A stretch of DNA of 32,668 nucleotides from Octopus bimaculoides (Eukaryota), in NCBI RefSeq assembly GCF_001194135.2, contig NC_068991.1, positions 70,022,391 to 70,055,058 on the forward strand, in the 5' to 3' direction. Shown here piece after piece: positions 22,508 through 32,668 of the stretch. Position numbers and translations under genes: made by a program. A model generated the notes under the pieces. It was not told where the DNA came from. It saw nothing but the letters and a program-made list of their open reading frames with translations, and ran no database searches. Position 1 is the stretch's first letter, and every line of letters starts with the position of its first letter.

Positions 22508-23310
22508 TATGTATGTATGTTCGTATGCACGTATGCATATCTGTATGTATAAAGAATGACTATTTCAAATATATATATACATATATATAATTGGCGCGTG
22601 AAATAAGTAAAATATGAATGAAAAGGCAATTATATGAAAAGAAAGAGATGCTATCATCACAAGTGACTATATTCAAGAATTCCAGTAACTCTGTCCGACT
22701 GAAAAAATGAACAAAATGGATTTAAAGAACATGAAGAAAACTTGAAATAATTATCTTTCGTATTTGAATTTCCTGGTAAATTGCATTCCTCTAAAAGCAC
22801 CTCTCAAGTATAGTTGAAATATTTCAGAATGGTTACATATAAAATTATAAAAATGTGAATGAAGTCATAAACTGGAGTGAGTTCTTAACGAAGGAATATG
22901 AACTTTACTGCAGTTACTAAAAAAAAACAGTATATATTTTATTCGAAGATCATAAGAGATTTCTTATATGAAATTTTGTAGAAAAGAGAAGATATGTAAT
23001 TTTATTTCAACTTATCTAGAAGCCTTTTCTGTTTTCTTCGCTTAATTTATATCGCATTTAGATGACATTGTTAATAACACTTCTGTAGTGAATTGTACTC
23101 AAATGTGTTCTGGTAAAAAACAATTTTGTACTAGAAGGCAGCGTGAGCCACATGTCATTTGAGTTACATGTCCAGCTTGAGATGGAGATGAATGAAAATG
23201 CAGAGAAGATAGGAAAAACAAAGTAAAAACTGCTCGTGGTAATTCTCTTTGTTTGAAAAATTTCAAGTTAAAGTTTGTGGTTTTGTTTAGTGTCTTAACA
23301 TTTTGTAGTC

Positions 23311-23342
23311 AAAAGCGCGGCTCTTTAAAAGCGCGGCTCTTT
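23311..23342. repeat. 16-bp tandem duplication (aaaagcgcggctcttt x2)
   Basis: Two exact copies. Confidence 0.95.
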
Positions 23343-24011
23343 AACCAATACCGTTGAAACACCCGAGGGTACAAGGAAGTAGCAGAATGTGAAAAATAAA
23401 ATGAAATTATACAGTTTTAATATTCTTTTTTGAATTTTTTTATTTTTAAATATTAAAAACTAAAATAAACAGCAAATCAAATTAGGAAATTATTTTTTTG
23501 TTCTGAAAGAAAATTTCAAAAATTTATTTTAGTACTAGCATAGAAAATTTAAAAAATGGAAGAAATAACAAAATTAATTATAAAATCCCAAACCCCTGTT
23601 AGCAATAATAACAAGGCAAAGCTGACATTACCGAAGAAAAATGAAAGAAGAGAGTTGTATTTGTGAGAAAGAAAAGAAAAACAATTACCGTTATGGGTAT
23701 AGTTTTCGTAAATGTGAAAACGTGAATGACAGAAGGCATATGGGATTTGTAATGGTAACGTAGAATTGAAATGAAATAAGCGGACAACCTACCATTGTAC
23801 ATTTGCTGGTTTCAGGCATGAAGTTGCAGCAATCAAAGAGAAACATACGTCAAAAAGAAAATGAAAGTAGAAAAAAGCAGTCGAAAAAGGTTTTTAGACG
23901 TATTTTTCATTTATTTTACTTCTCTACGTTGAAAAGAATTAGTAAACGTAGCTCTCCAAGCGGACAAACAAAAATAAAAATTTCAGGTCATTCACGTATG
24001 TGAAGGGCACG

Positions 24012-24148
24012 TCAATATCATCATCATCATCGTAAATTACATCATCATCATCATCATCATCAGAAGCAGCAGTAGAGGTAGCAGCAACAGCAGTAGCAGC
24101 AGCAGCATCACCACCTCTATCACCAACCCCATTATTATTATTATTGTT
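24012..24148. repeat. Compound trinucleotide tract (CAT)n-(CAG/TAG)n-(CAC)-(ATT)n
   Basis: Directly visible. Confidence 0.85.
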
Positions 24149-24362
24149 AAGGCGGCGAGCTGGCAGAATCGTTAGCGCGCCGGACGTAATGGTTAGCGGT
24201 ATTTCCCCTGTCGCTACGTTATGAGTTCAAATTCCACCGAGGTCGACTTTGCCTGTCATCCTTTCGGGGTCGATTAAATAAGTACCAGTTACACACTGGG
24301 GTCGATGTAATCGACTTAATCCCTGCCCCCAAATTTGATGTCTTGTGCTTCCAGTAGAAAGA
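24149..24362 (+). mobile_element. SINE family B, full-length, tRNA-derived, with (ATT)n tail
   Basis: Head aaggcggcgagctggcagaatcgttag, B box gagttcaaattcc, central ggtcgactttgcctgtcatcctttcggggtcgattaaataagtaccag. Possible 10-bp TSD attattgtta at 24140-24149 and 24363-24372 (low complexity). Confidence 0.92.
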
Positions 24363-24366
24363 ATTA

Positions 24367-24404
<38 letters not shown>

Positions 24405-24426
24405 TCTTTTTCTTTTTTTTATAATA

Positions 24427-25487
24427 AGATGTTTTGGAAAGAGGTACAGAGGGTAAGAAACATGGTTGGAGGAAGGGAAGAAAGAATGAAGGATGTAAAT
24501 GTAAATTTGTTGAAAGGAAGTGAGGATGTACAAAGGACATGGGCAGAGTATTTTACTGAGCTGTTAAATGTGGAGGATGTTATGTAGAGGCAAGTACAGT
24601 GATTGTACGAGAAGAGAGGAGAATGCCTGTTGTTGGGGAATGGAACTACGGTGCAATTGGAAGGGAAGAGGTGAGGGAATCCTTGCGGAAGAGAGCAAAC
24701 CAGAAGGCGCCAGGTATAGATGGGTGTACAGTGGAATGCCTAAAGAAAAGGTGTGTGACAGTGATTGAATGGTTAGTGAGGCTTATGAATGGTTGTTATA
24801 TAGCTGGAAGAGTACCAGAGGACTGGTGCAGTGCCTGTATAGTGCCACTGTACCAGGGAGAAGGGGATAAATGTGAGCGTGGAAATTTTAGGGCTATAAG
24901 TCTGTTGTGTATGGTTGGTAAACTATATGGGAGAATTCCAGTTGTTAGGGTGAGGAAACAGAGAGTGTACTAGGGGAGGAGCAGTGTGGTTTTAAGTGTG
25001 GAAAGGGTGCACAGATCAAATGTTTGTAGTAAGACAGATGTATGATAAGTTTTTGGCAAAAGAGCAGGTGTATGGGGCCTTTATGGACCTAGAGAAGGTA
25101 TATCACCGAGTGGCTAGGGATGCAATGCGACAGGTGTTGAGGTTGTATAGAGTAGGTGATAGATTGTTGAGAGCTGTTCAGAGTTTTAATAGAGAGTAAG
25201 GCATGCGTTCGGATGGGTGGTGAAGTGAGTAGTTTGATGTGAAGGTGGAGTTAAGACAGGGTTGTATATTGTCTCTGTGGCTGTTAAATTTAGATATGGA
25301 TGATGTGCTGAGCGGTAAATGCTAGAAACCTTGGTAACAGAGCCCAAATGGTGGGAGGGAATGGAGAGAAATGCCTGGTGAGTTAGTTGTTGTTTCCTTA
25401 TGATACAGCACTGGTGGCAGATTCGGAAGAGGACACTGGTGGTAGAGTCTGGGAGAGTGTGTGAGAGGAGGAAACTGAAAGTGAATG
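24427..25487 (+). pseudogene. Decayed non-LTR retrotransposon ORF fragment (RTE-clade-like linker plus RT domain)
   Basis: Stitched translation contains FWKEVQRVR, WAEYFTELLN, KAPGIDG, VPEDWCSACIVPLYQGEGDKCERGNFRAISLL, EEQCGF..GKGCTDQM, AFMDLEKVYHRV, LRQGC, DTALVADSEE and CERRKLKVN. These are typical LINE RT motifs with stops and frameshifts. The clade call is inference. Confidence 0.92.
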
Positions 25488-25529
25488 CAGCATCTTTCTG
25501 GCAACTTCATGATTCCGTGCTCAATCAAT

Positions 25530-26212
25530 TTTTCGAAATAAATGGTAATCTGATGGTGCAAGATCATGGCTATATGGTGGATATGAGATCACTTCTGAAA
25601 ACAAACTCCAATAATTTTTCATAATTTAGTAAAGATATATGTGGTTTAGCGTTGTCATGGTGGAACACGATTCCTCTACGATTTGCCAATTCTGGCCTCT
25701 TTTTTTTTCCTTTTTTTTTTTTTTTGCTTCCAGCAGTTTCATTAGTTGTTGATAATAAACACCTGAATTGATCGTTTGATTCCTTGGAGGGAAGCTCAAA
25801 ATGCACAACACCTTTGTAATCCCACCAAATTGACAGCATGATCTTCTTTTGAAGCAATTCAGTTTTCGATGCGGTTCGTACTGTTTCATTACGCTTGGAC
25901 CCTGAGCATTTTCAATTGATGTTGTTTTAGACAATCCAGTTTTCCTCACTAGTGATGATTCGTTTCAAAAAAGGTCGATTTCATTGCCTTTGAGATACAT
26001 ATCGCAAATATTGATTCGTTGTGTTAAGTGAATTTCTTTCAATTAATGTGGAACCCAAATATCGAGGTTCTTAACGAGTCCAAGACATTTGAAGAGATTT
26101 TCAATTGTTGTGTGTGATACATTTAACTTCTCTGTAATCCTTCGCACAGTTATATGACAGTCAGATTCAATTATGGCTTTGATTCGGTCATAACAACTTC
26201 AGTAGGTCAGCC
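25530..26212 (-). pseudogene. Decayed mariner (DD34D-type) transposase fragment
   Basis: Minus-strand frames give LDIWVPH, ITSEENWIV, KKIMLSIWWDYKGVVHFEL, RPELANRRGIVFHHDNAKPH and PPYSHDLAPSDYHLFR, with multiple stops and frameshifts and a poly-A expansion. No TIR is visible. Confidence 0.93.
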
Positions 26213-26217
26213 AGAAC

Positions 26218-26227
26218 AGATAGATAT

Positions 26228-26260
<33 letters not shown>

Positions 26261-26297
26261 CAAAGAGATAGATAGATAGATAGATAGATAGACAAAG

Positions 26298-26344
<47 letters not shown>

Positions 26345-26345
26345 C
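26218..26345. repeat. (GATA)n microsatellite with gacaaa variants
   Basis: Directly visible. Confidence 0.95.
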
Positions 26346-26858
26346 NNNNNNNNNNNNNNNNNNNNNNNNNNNNNNNNNNNNNNNNNNNNNNNNNNNNNNN
26401 NNNNNNNNNNNNNNNNNNNNNNNNNNNNNNNNNNNNNNNNNNNNNNNNNNNNNNNNNNNNNNNNNNNNNNNNNNNNNNNNNNNNNNNNNNNNNNNNNNNN
26501 NNNNNNNNNNNNNNNNNNNNNNNNNNNNNNNNNNNNNNNNNNNNNNNNNNNNNNNNNNNNNNNNNNNNNNNNNNNNNNNNNNNNNNNNNNNNNNNNNNNN
26601 NNNNNNNNNNNNNNNNNNNNNNNNNNNNNNNNNNNNNNNNNNNNNNNNNNNNNNNNNNNNNNNNNNNNNNNNNNNNNNNNNNNNNNNNNNNNNNNNNNNN
26701 NNNNNNNNNNNNNNNNNNNNNNNNNNNNNNNNNNNNNNNNNNNNNNNNNNNNNNNNNNNNNNNNNNNNNNNNNNNNNNNNNNNNNNNNNNNNNNNNNNNN
26801 NNNNNNNNNNNNNNNNNNNNNNNNNNNNNNNNNNNNNNNNNNNNNNNNNNNNNNNNNN
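26346..26858. other. Assembly gap (N)
   Basis: N run. Confidence 1.
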
Positions 26859-27188
26859 CCTTTTCAAGTGATACTTGAAAAAGTTGATGAGCGATTGGAC
26901 AGAGAGGTAAGTTTTCGTCTCTAATCCTTTCGCTCGGGTCCACCACACACATTCTTTCACCATGGCCACCAGTATGATGAACACTGCCTTGCCTTCCCTG
27001 TTGAGGGACGGTGGTGGAGCAATTTGCACAATAGACTCGGCTGACAGGCGGACTCGTCCCACACGTGACAGCAGCCCTTCGGCATCAGCCCACAGGTTGG
27101 AAATCTTTGGACACTGCACGATTGCGTGCAGAACGGTTTCGTCGCTCTGACCGCATCTCGGGCAGGTCGGTCCGGTGTGTCTCGAGAG
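26859..27188 (-). mobile_element. 5'-truncated L1/Tx1-like LINE: ORF2 C-terminal CCHC zinc-finger region
   Basis: Uninterrupted 110-codon frame with CPRCGQSDETVLHAIVQCP (CX2CX8HX4C) followed by LW...ECVWWTR. This layout is typical of L1/Tx1 ORF2 ends; the 3' end runs into the gap. Confidence 0.85.
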
Positions 27189-27208
27189 ATAGATAGATAG
27201 ACAGACAA

Positions 27209-27263
<55 letters not shown>

Positions 27264-27335
27264 CATACATACATGCATACATACATACATACATACATAC
27301 ATACATACATACATACATACATACATACATACATA
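27187..27335. repeat. (GATA)n switching to (CATA)n
   Basis: Directly visible; the switch is at about 27263. Confidence 0.95.
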
Positions 27336-28485
27336 ACAATATCTATTTGCAAATATGTATATATACATGTGTGTGTTTGTATGTGAGATTCAAATATCCG
27401 TTTAGCATTAATAGACAACAAATAATAACCGAAGTTAGTTGGTGCAAGCTAAACTTGTTAATTCGCAACTGCCATACTCCCCCACCTCGTCCTATCTCCT
27501 TCATCCACCTCTCCACTCCATCTACTGAAACCACAACCCTTGTCACGCCATTAAATGCCACACCTCACCGATTATAGATATACTGATCTGCCCCGCTACT
27601 GTCCATGCTAACAGCCTCAAGGACAAGCATGGGCCAAATTATACAAGGCATGTTATAATAATTGACCAACATTAATGTTACTATGACAAGTCTTTTTGAT
27701 TTTTGTTATTATTTGGCACAATAAATATTTATCCCATAATTTGATAATGGCATTTTATTTTTCAACAAAAAAGACATAAAACAATTTGTTTTAATCAAAA
27801 TACATTGCCTACAAAATAGATTAGCATTGTCAATAAATAGACATAAAATTGTAGTAAACACAAATTAATTAAAGTAATTTAATATTTTATAAATCTCAAA
27901 GTGATTTCTGAAAAGAGAGTAAAAGATATTAGAAAGAAAATGGAACGGATAGGGAGTGAGAGATAGGAAAAGAGTTTCCATGAAAGAACATCTCTGATAG
28001 AAGTTTCACCTGTACTTGAGTCCACCTCATTTTTTCATCTACCAGCAATTCAAAATAAAAACTAGACGAAGATGAGTTCCACTCAAACGAAGCCTACTTT
28101 CACACACATGATCGTACAATAAGAATTTTCCGTGGGCACTGGAGGCAGGCGTGGAAAGCTGGAAGCCTCTAGTCCGAGATTATACATTGGCGGTGAATAT
28201 CAGATGGTCGCTCTCCAATGAATAGCCGTGACACTGGAGTTCAGCAGCTAGTCTCGTGACTAGGCTGGCCTCATTAGGATTACCGTGGCCAACCCCTTAA
28301 GAGGAAGCCCCTAGAAAAGATTGGGTAAACATCGGACACGGTAACTCGATCTCGGCAGCAATTTGCGGTCGGAAATCTACTAGATCCTCTGCTCCACAAC
28401 CTCTCACTTTCGGGGCCTGAAACATCCGCACTCTTCAAGACAAGAGTGACATTAATCCACTAGATGTTCGGGAATGTGGTAAATG

Positions 28486-28523
28486 TCTTCTACGTTTCGA
28501 GCCTACGCTCTTCAATAGAAAGA
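28486..28523 (-). ncRNA. Minimal type-I hammerhead-like motif with a variant core
   Basis: Minus strand reads TCTTT CTATTGAA GAGC GTAG GCTC GAAAC GT A GAAGA: 5-bp stem I, perfect stem II, ACGT palindrome and a GUA cleavage triplet. The core deviates from CUGANGA. Confidence 0.5.
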
Positions 28524-28572
28524 AACACGAGGAAATAATCAGAGAGAGAATGAAAAAAAAAAAAAAACGTTT

Positions 28573-28865
28573 NNNNNNNNNNNNNNNNNNNNNNNNNNNN
28601 NNNNNNNNNNNNNNNNNNNNNNNNNNNNNNNNNNNNNNNNNNNNNNNNNNNNNNNNNNNNNNNNNNNNNNNNNNNNNNNNNNNNNNNNNNNNNNNNNNNN
28701 NNNNNNNNNNNNNNNNNNNNNNNNNNNNNNNNNNNNNNNNNNNNNNNNNNNNNNNNNNNNNNNNNNNNNNNNNNNNNNNNNNNNNNNNNNNNNNNNNNNN
28801 NNNNNNNNNNNNNNNNNNNNNNNNNNNNNNNNNNNNNNNNNNNNNNNNNNNNNNNNNNNNNNNNN
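28573..28865. other. Assembly gap (N)
   Basis: N run. Confidence 1.
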
Positions 28866-29339
28866 ATATATATATATATATATACATATGTGTGTGTGTG
28901 TGTGTTTGTCTGTCCGTCTCTCTGTTTGTCTGTCTGTCTGTATGTATGTATGTATGTATGTATATATATATATATGTATGTATACGTGTATGCGTATGGG
29001 TGTAAGTATCGGTATGTTTATTTACACCTGCGGAGATAGTAAGGAAATGACGAAGAAAAAAAGGAAGAAAAAAGAGGGCTTAAAGCCGAAATAGAAGTGG
29101 GGGAAATTGACGATAAGGAAAAAGAATAGCTGAACAAAATGTGTAGGATTACAGAAACTAGCAGAATATGAGACATCACGAACAAGATAGAACGTAGTAG
29201 AAATGTATAACAGCCATAAAGACATTCCTACGAACTTATGTATGGCTGTTGTATAAATGTATACATTTACAAGTTTATAAGTATTGTAGAATTGCAGTCG
29301 TTACTTTATTTTCAGTCGTGTATTTTTTGTACATGTGCA

Positions 29340-29400
29340 CGGACGTGTGTATGTGTGTGAATGTATGTGTGTGTGTACGTTTGTGCGTGTGTGCGTGTGC

Positions 29401-29442
<42 letters not shown>

Positions 29443-29582
29443 CTTTATAGACAGAGAGGTAAATATGCATATACCCGTCTGTGAAACGCTATAGGTATAT
29501 ATATGTATATATATATATATATATATATACATACATACATACATATACATACTTACATGCACACATACACACACACACATAT
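29340..29582. repeat. Compound (GT)n, (TA)n and (CATA/CA)n microsatellites
   Basis: Directly visible. Confidence 0.9.
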
Positions 29583-31650
29583 TGAAGTCCTTGCTAATTC
29601 TGTAGTCGAAATGAACATACATGCTGGTTATTTTAGAAAATAGAAAATTAAGTGTAGAAAAATAGAACTATGAATGAAAAAAAAAATGTTGTTCTATATA
29701 CAATTTGGGATTGTTGTTATTGTTGCTGTTGCTTTTTCTGTTTTTTTTCTATTATTTGTCCATTTTTTTTCTTTTATTAAAGAAAAATTCCATAAGGCAG
29801 GAAATATTGCTTTACATTTGTCTCGCTGTGGGAAATCCGTGAAAATTCATGCAGTGATAACGCTATGCTGTGCCACCTGCGCGCTTTGAATCGCGATTTC
29901 TCCTTGTTGCAGTTATGTATAATTAGACTGAGGAAAAATCTTTCCAGTTTTTACCATTTTTCTAGATGACACAGCTATGGTGACACCAGCAATAATATCC
30001 TTCTTACCAAAGCGTGTATAGTTCCTCAGACCGAATCCTGCTGAGATACACGCTAAATATCTTCATAGTCGACAGTTGAAGTTTCTTTGTGGAGGTGGAA
30101 AAATCTGGAGTTTTAGTGTTTTTGTATATTTAATTTTAATTTCATCCTGTTTTTTCTTGCTTCTGATTTTATTCATGATATGAACGCACTTTGTTTTTGT
30201 TGTATTTGATTTTGGAGTTTTTCTTTCTGTACTCCAGATTTTCCACTTTCTATTGCTTTCTAACTGCATTTTTTAAACAAGCATTGGTTCTTCATCGATA
30301 TTCCAATAAAGTCTGGAGTCGCAGGAAGTTGTGCAATATATGCACTTATATGTATATACATGCATATACATATATTTATATATACATATGTGTGTGTGTA
30401 TATATAACTATATATAAAGGTGTGAGTATATGGTTGCGTGTGTATAATTAGTTTTTAATAAGTGGACTTGAAGCAGATTAAGCTATAAATAACAACGTGT
30501 AACTATTGGATGAAAAACTCTTCGGATAAAAGAATTCAAAGGCTGCCCGTCGGATTGAAACCCACAGAAGTTCTAACATTCGATGTAGGCTATCCTTCTA
30601 ATTTATCTAGTCATTGTCTATCATAAACAATATATATTTTACATATAAAGAGAATGTGCCACAGAAGAACGACAAAGGACCACACGATAAGGAAAGAACA
30701 GAACACACACGACAGATACGGCCATACTCCAACTCTCATCAGTTATCGACCAAATATGATCACAATTTCGACACCTTCTGATAATATTGTTCAATTTTGT
30801 TGTGGTAGCAACGTAAGATGCTGGGGTTTAAATGAGCGGAAATGACAGACGTCTACAAAGAAAAAAGTATGAGACAAGTTCAATAACAGGAAAAGATGAT
30901 GTTTGCATATTGAACATTAAAGAGGCGGAGTTATGAGGGGTATGCTAAAAAACATAATCCGAAAGAAGGAAATAAGCAAGGACAGAAACAAATAATTACG
31001 AAAGGCCCCGTGAGATATTCGTATAGAAATACGGTCATAGCAACATGTGCAAAACAGCGCTAAGGTATTTGTATACTCATATACATACATTTTAAATTCG
31101 TTTTGACTAAGCTTGTAACATTGCCTGATGGTTTGTTCAGGTAAGAATACTTTGAACATTGCTTGAGGAAACTTCAAAATTCAAGACAATATGGCTTGAC
31201 ATATCAAGTTCATATTCTAGTTGAATATCTTTTTGTCAAGCGCATTCATTATGGTTAAAGAATACCTAGCACTGCTACTACACTCAGTAGGTGCTAGTTG
31301 ACCGACTTCATTTGTTTTTATGAATCCATGTAACCATTGTCTCTTTGACGTGTCTTGTGTGTATTCATCGAATAGATTTCGATACATATGATTAAAATGT
31401 CAAAGGCATACATTATGCCATGAAAATTGCACTTCAGGTGTGTAGGTTCGATGAAGTTAAAAGGTGATAAACAAGTATTCAACAATGAGCGCGTTGCATC
31501 TTATAACAGAAACAGCTGTAAAGTAATGAAGTCCATGATACAATTTCGTATTCCTTTGTTATTTTGATTTTTTTTTAATAGCACTCGGTACTCGACTGAC
31601 TCTTTTTTCTGATGATTATGTATATTGAGTTCTAACATCACTATGCCTAA

Positions 31651-31793
31651 TCGACCCCAGTGCGTAACTGGTACTTATTTCATCGACCCCGAAAGAATGA
31701 AAAACAAACTCGACCTCGGCGGAATTTGAACTCAGAACTTAGTGACGTGCGAAATACCGTTAAGCATTTCGTCCGGCGTGTGCTAACGATTCT
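31651..31793 (-). mobile_element. SINE family B copy truncated at both ends
   Basis: Nearly co-linear with 31870-32010. Confidence 0.88.
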
Positions 31794-32027
31794 TATTTCT
31801 TTACTGCCCACAAAGGGCTACACACAGAAGGGGATAAACAAGGACAGACAAAGAGATTAAGTTGATTATATCGACCCCAGTGCCTAACTGGTACTTATTT
31901 AATCGACCCCGAAAGGATGAAAGGCAAAGTCGACCTCAGCGGAATTTGAACTCAGAACGTAGCGGCAGACGAAATACTGCTAAGCATTTCACCCGGCGTG
32001 CTAACGTTTCTGCCAGCTCACCGCCTT
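31794..32027 (-). mobile_element. SINE family B, full-length, with an alternative 3' tail
   Basis: The head ends at ccgcctt (32027). The tail (tatttctttactgcccacaaagggctacacacagaagggg...) differs from that of the 24149 copy. Confidence 0.9.
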
Positions 32028-32621
32028 GGCTGTATGTTATATACTGAAGTAGTGTTGCAAACACTCAAGAAAGATTTGCTCTTTAAGAAATAATTTCTAG
32101 ATCACCGTATATTTAAAGAGTAAACAGTGTTACTAGACCATCCTTGAATGCTTCGGAGAATCAACCTTGTGCTTCTATCTGTATTTACAAGTAAATAGAT
32201 GCTTATATTCAAGAACACACTGATGAGGTTTATGTTTTAAGAAAAGTACTGCAAAACAACGGAGACGAAAGAGCCTAAATATAATTTCCTAATTAAGGTT
32301 CTGTGTGCATTGAAAGAAAAGCTTTCATTCAATGCACAACATGAACAAAGTAACTGAACGGACAAATGAAGAACACTTTGAAAACTCTATGTTGTTGAAA
32401 TCTCTATAACTTCATTCACATACCCGTATGATTTCTTCAGGTGTTATAAAACCATTATCATTTAACGGGGGGAAAAAAAACGTAACTTAAATATGTATCC
32501 TTATATATGATTAATTATATTCATATTGTCTGGGTGATAAGTAAATTTTCACACAAACACATATTTCTTACACATGCACAAATGCATATATACGGGAGTA
32601 TATAAATATACACACGCACAC

Positions 32622-32623
<2 letters not shown>

Positions 32624-32668
<45 letters not shown>
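32624..32668. repeat. (AT)n microsatellite
   Basis: Directly visible. Confidence 0.95.

Noticed and set aside
23311-23342. Histone 3' stem-loop (ggctcttt...)
   Set aside because: The complementary 3' arm (agagcc) is absent and there is no histone ORF upstream.
24012-24130. Poly-His/poly-Ser coding tract
   Set aside because: No splice sites or flanking coding sequence; it is a trinucleotide microsatellite beside a SINE.
28240-28300. HDV-like ribozyme at a putative RTE 5' end
   Set aside because: A P1-like and a P4-like helix exist, but the 16 nt between the P1 strands cannot hold P2, P3 and L3, and P1.1 is missing.
31651-32027. CRISPR-like or operator-like recurring tcgacccc repeats
   Set aside because: They are internal motifs of dispersed SINE copies in eukaryotic DNA, with no repeat-spacer periodicity.
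905-32230. Other CTGANGA matches (about 907, 4517, 29929, 30737 minus, 31609, 32220)
   Set aside because: None has a stem II followed by GAAA and a stem III/UH in register.

Overview
AT-rich, microsatellite-saturated eukaryotic DNA from a draft assembly. Nine N-gaps cover about 4.0 kb and almost all abut (TA)n, (CT)n or (GATA)n tracts. The repeat families look like those of an octopus genome; this is my recollection, not a database result. No host protein-coding gene is supported, and nearly all ORF-track entries are microsatellite or gap artefacts. The only recognisable protein-coding relics are clustered at 24.4-27.2 kb: a decayed RTE-clade LINE reverse transcriptase (+), a decayed mariner transposase (-), and the C-terminal CCHC zinc-finger end of an L1/Tx1-like LINE (-) sitting between two (GATA)n arrays. 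The rest is three tRNA-derived SINE families (about 15 copies or fragments, one full-length with a 13-bp TSD), three small Tc1/mariner-type MITEs and a telomere-like (TTAGGG) array. The most unusual signal is three separate minimal type-I hammerhead-ribozyme-like folds at 2766-2806 (+), 21701-21735 (-) and 28486-28523 (-). They lie in short non-coding repeats near (TA)n tracts, and one is closed by a perfect 19-bp inverted repeat. This suggests a Penelope-associated or retrozyme-like family.
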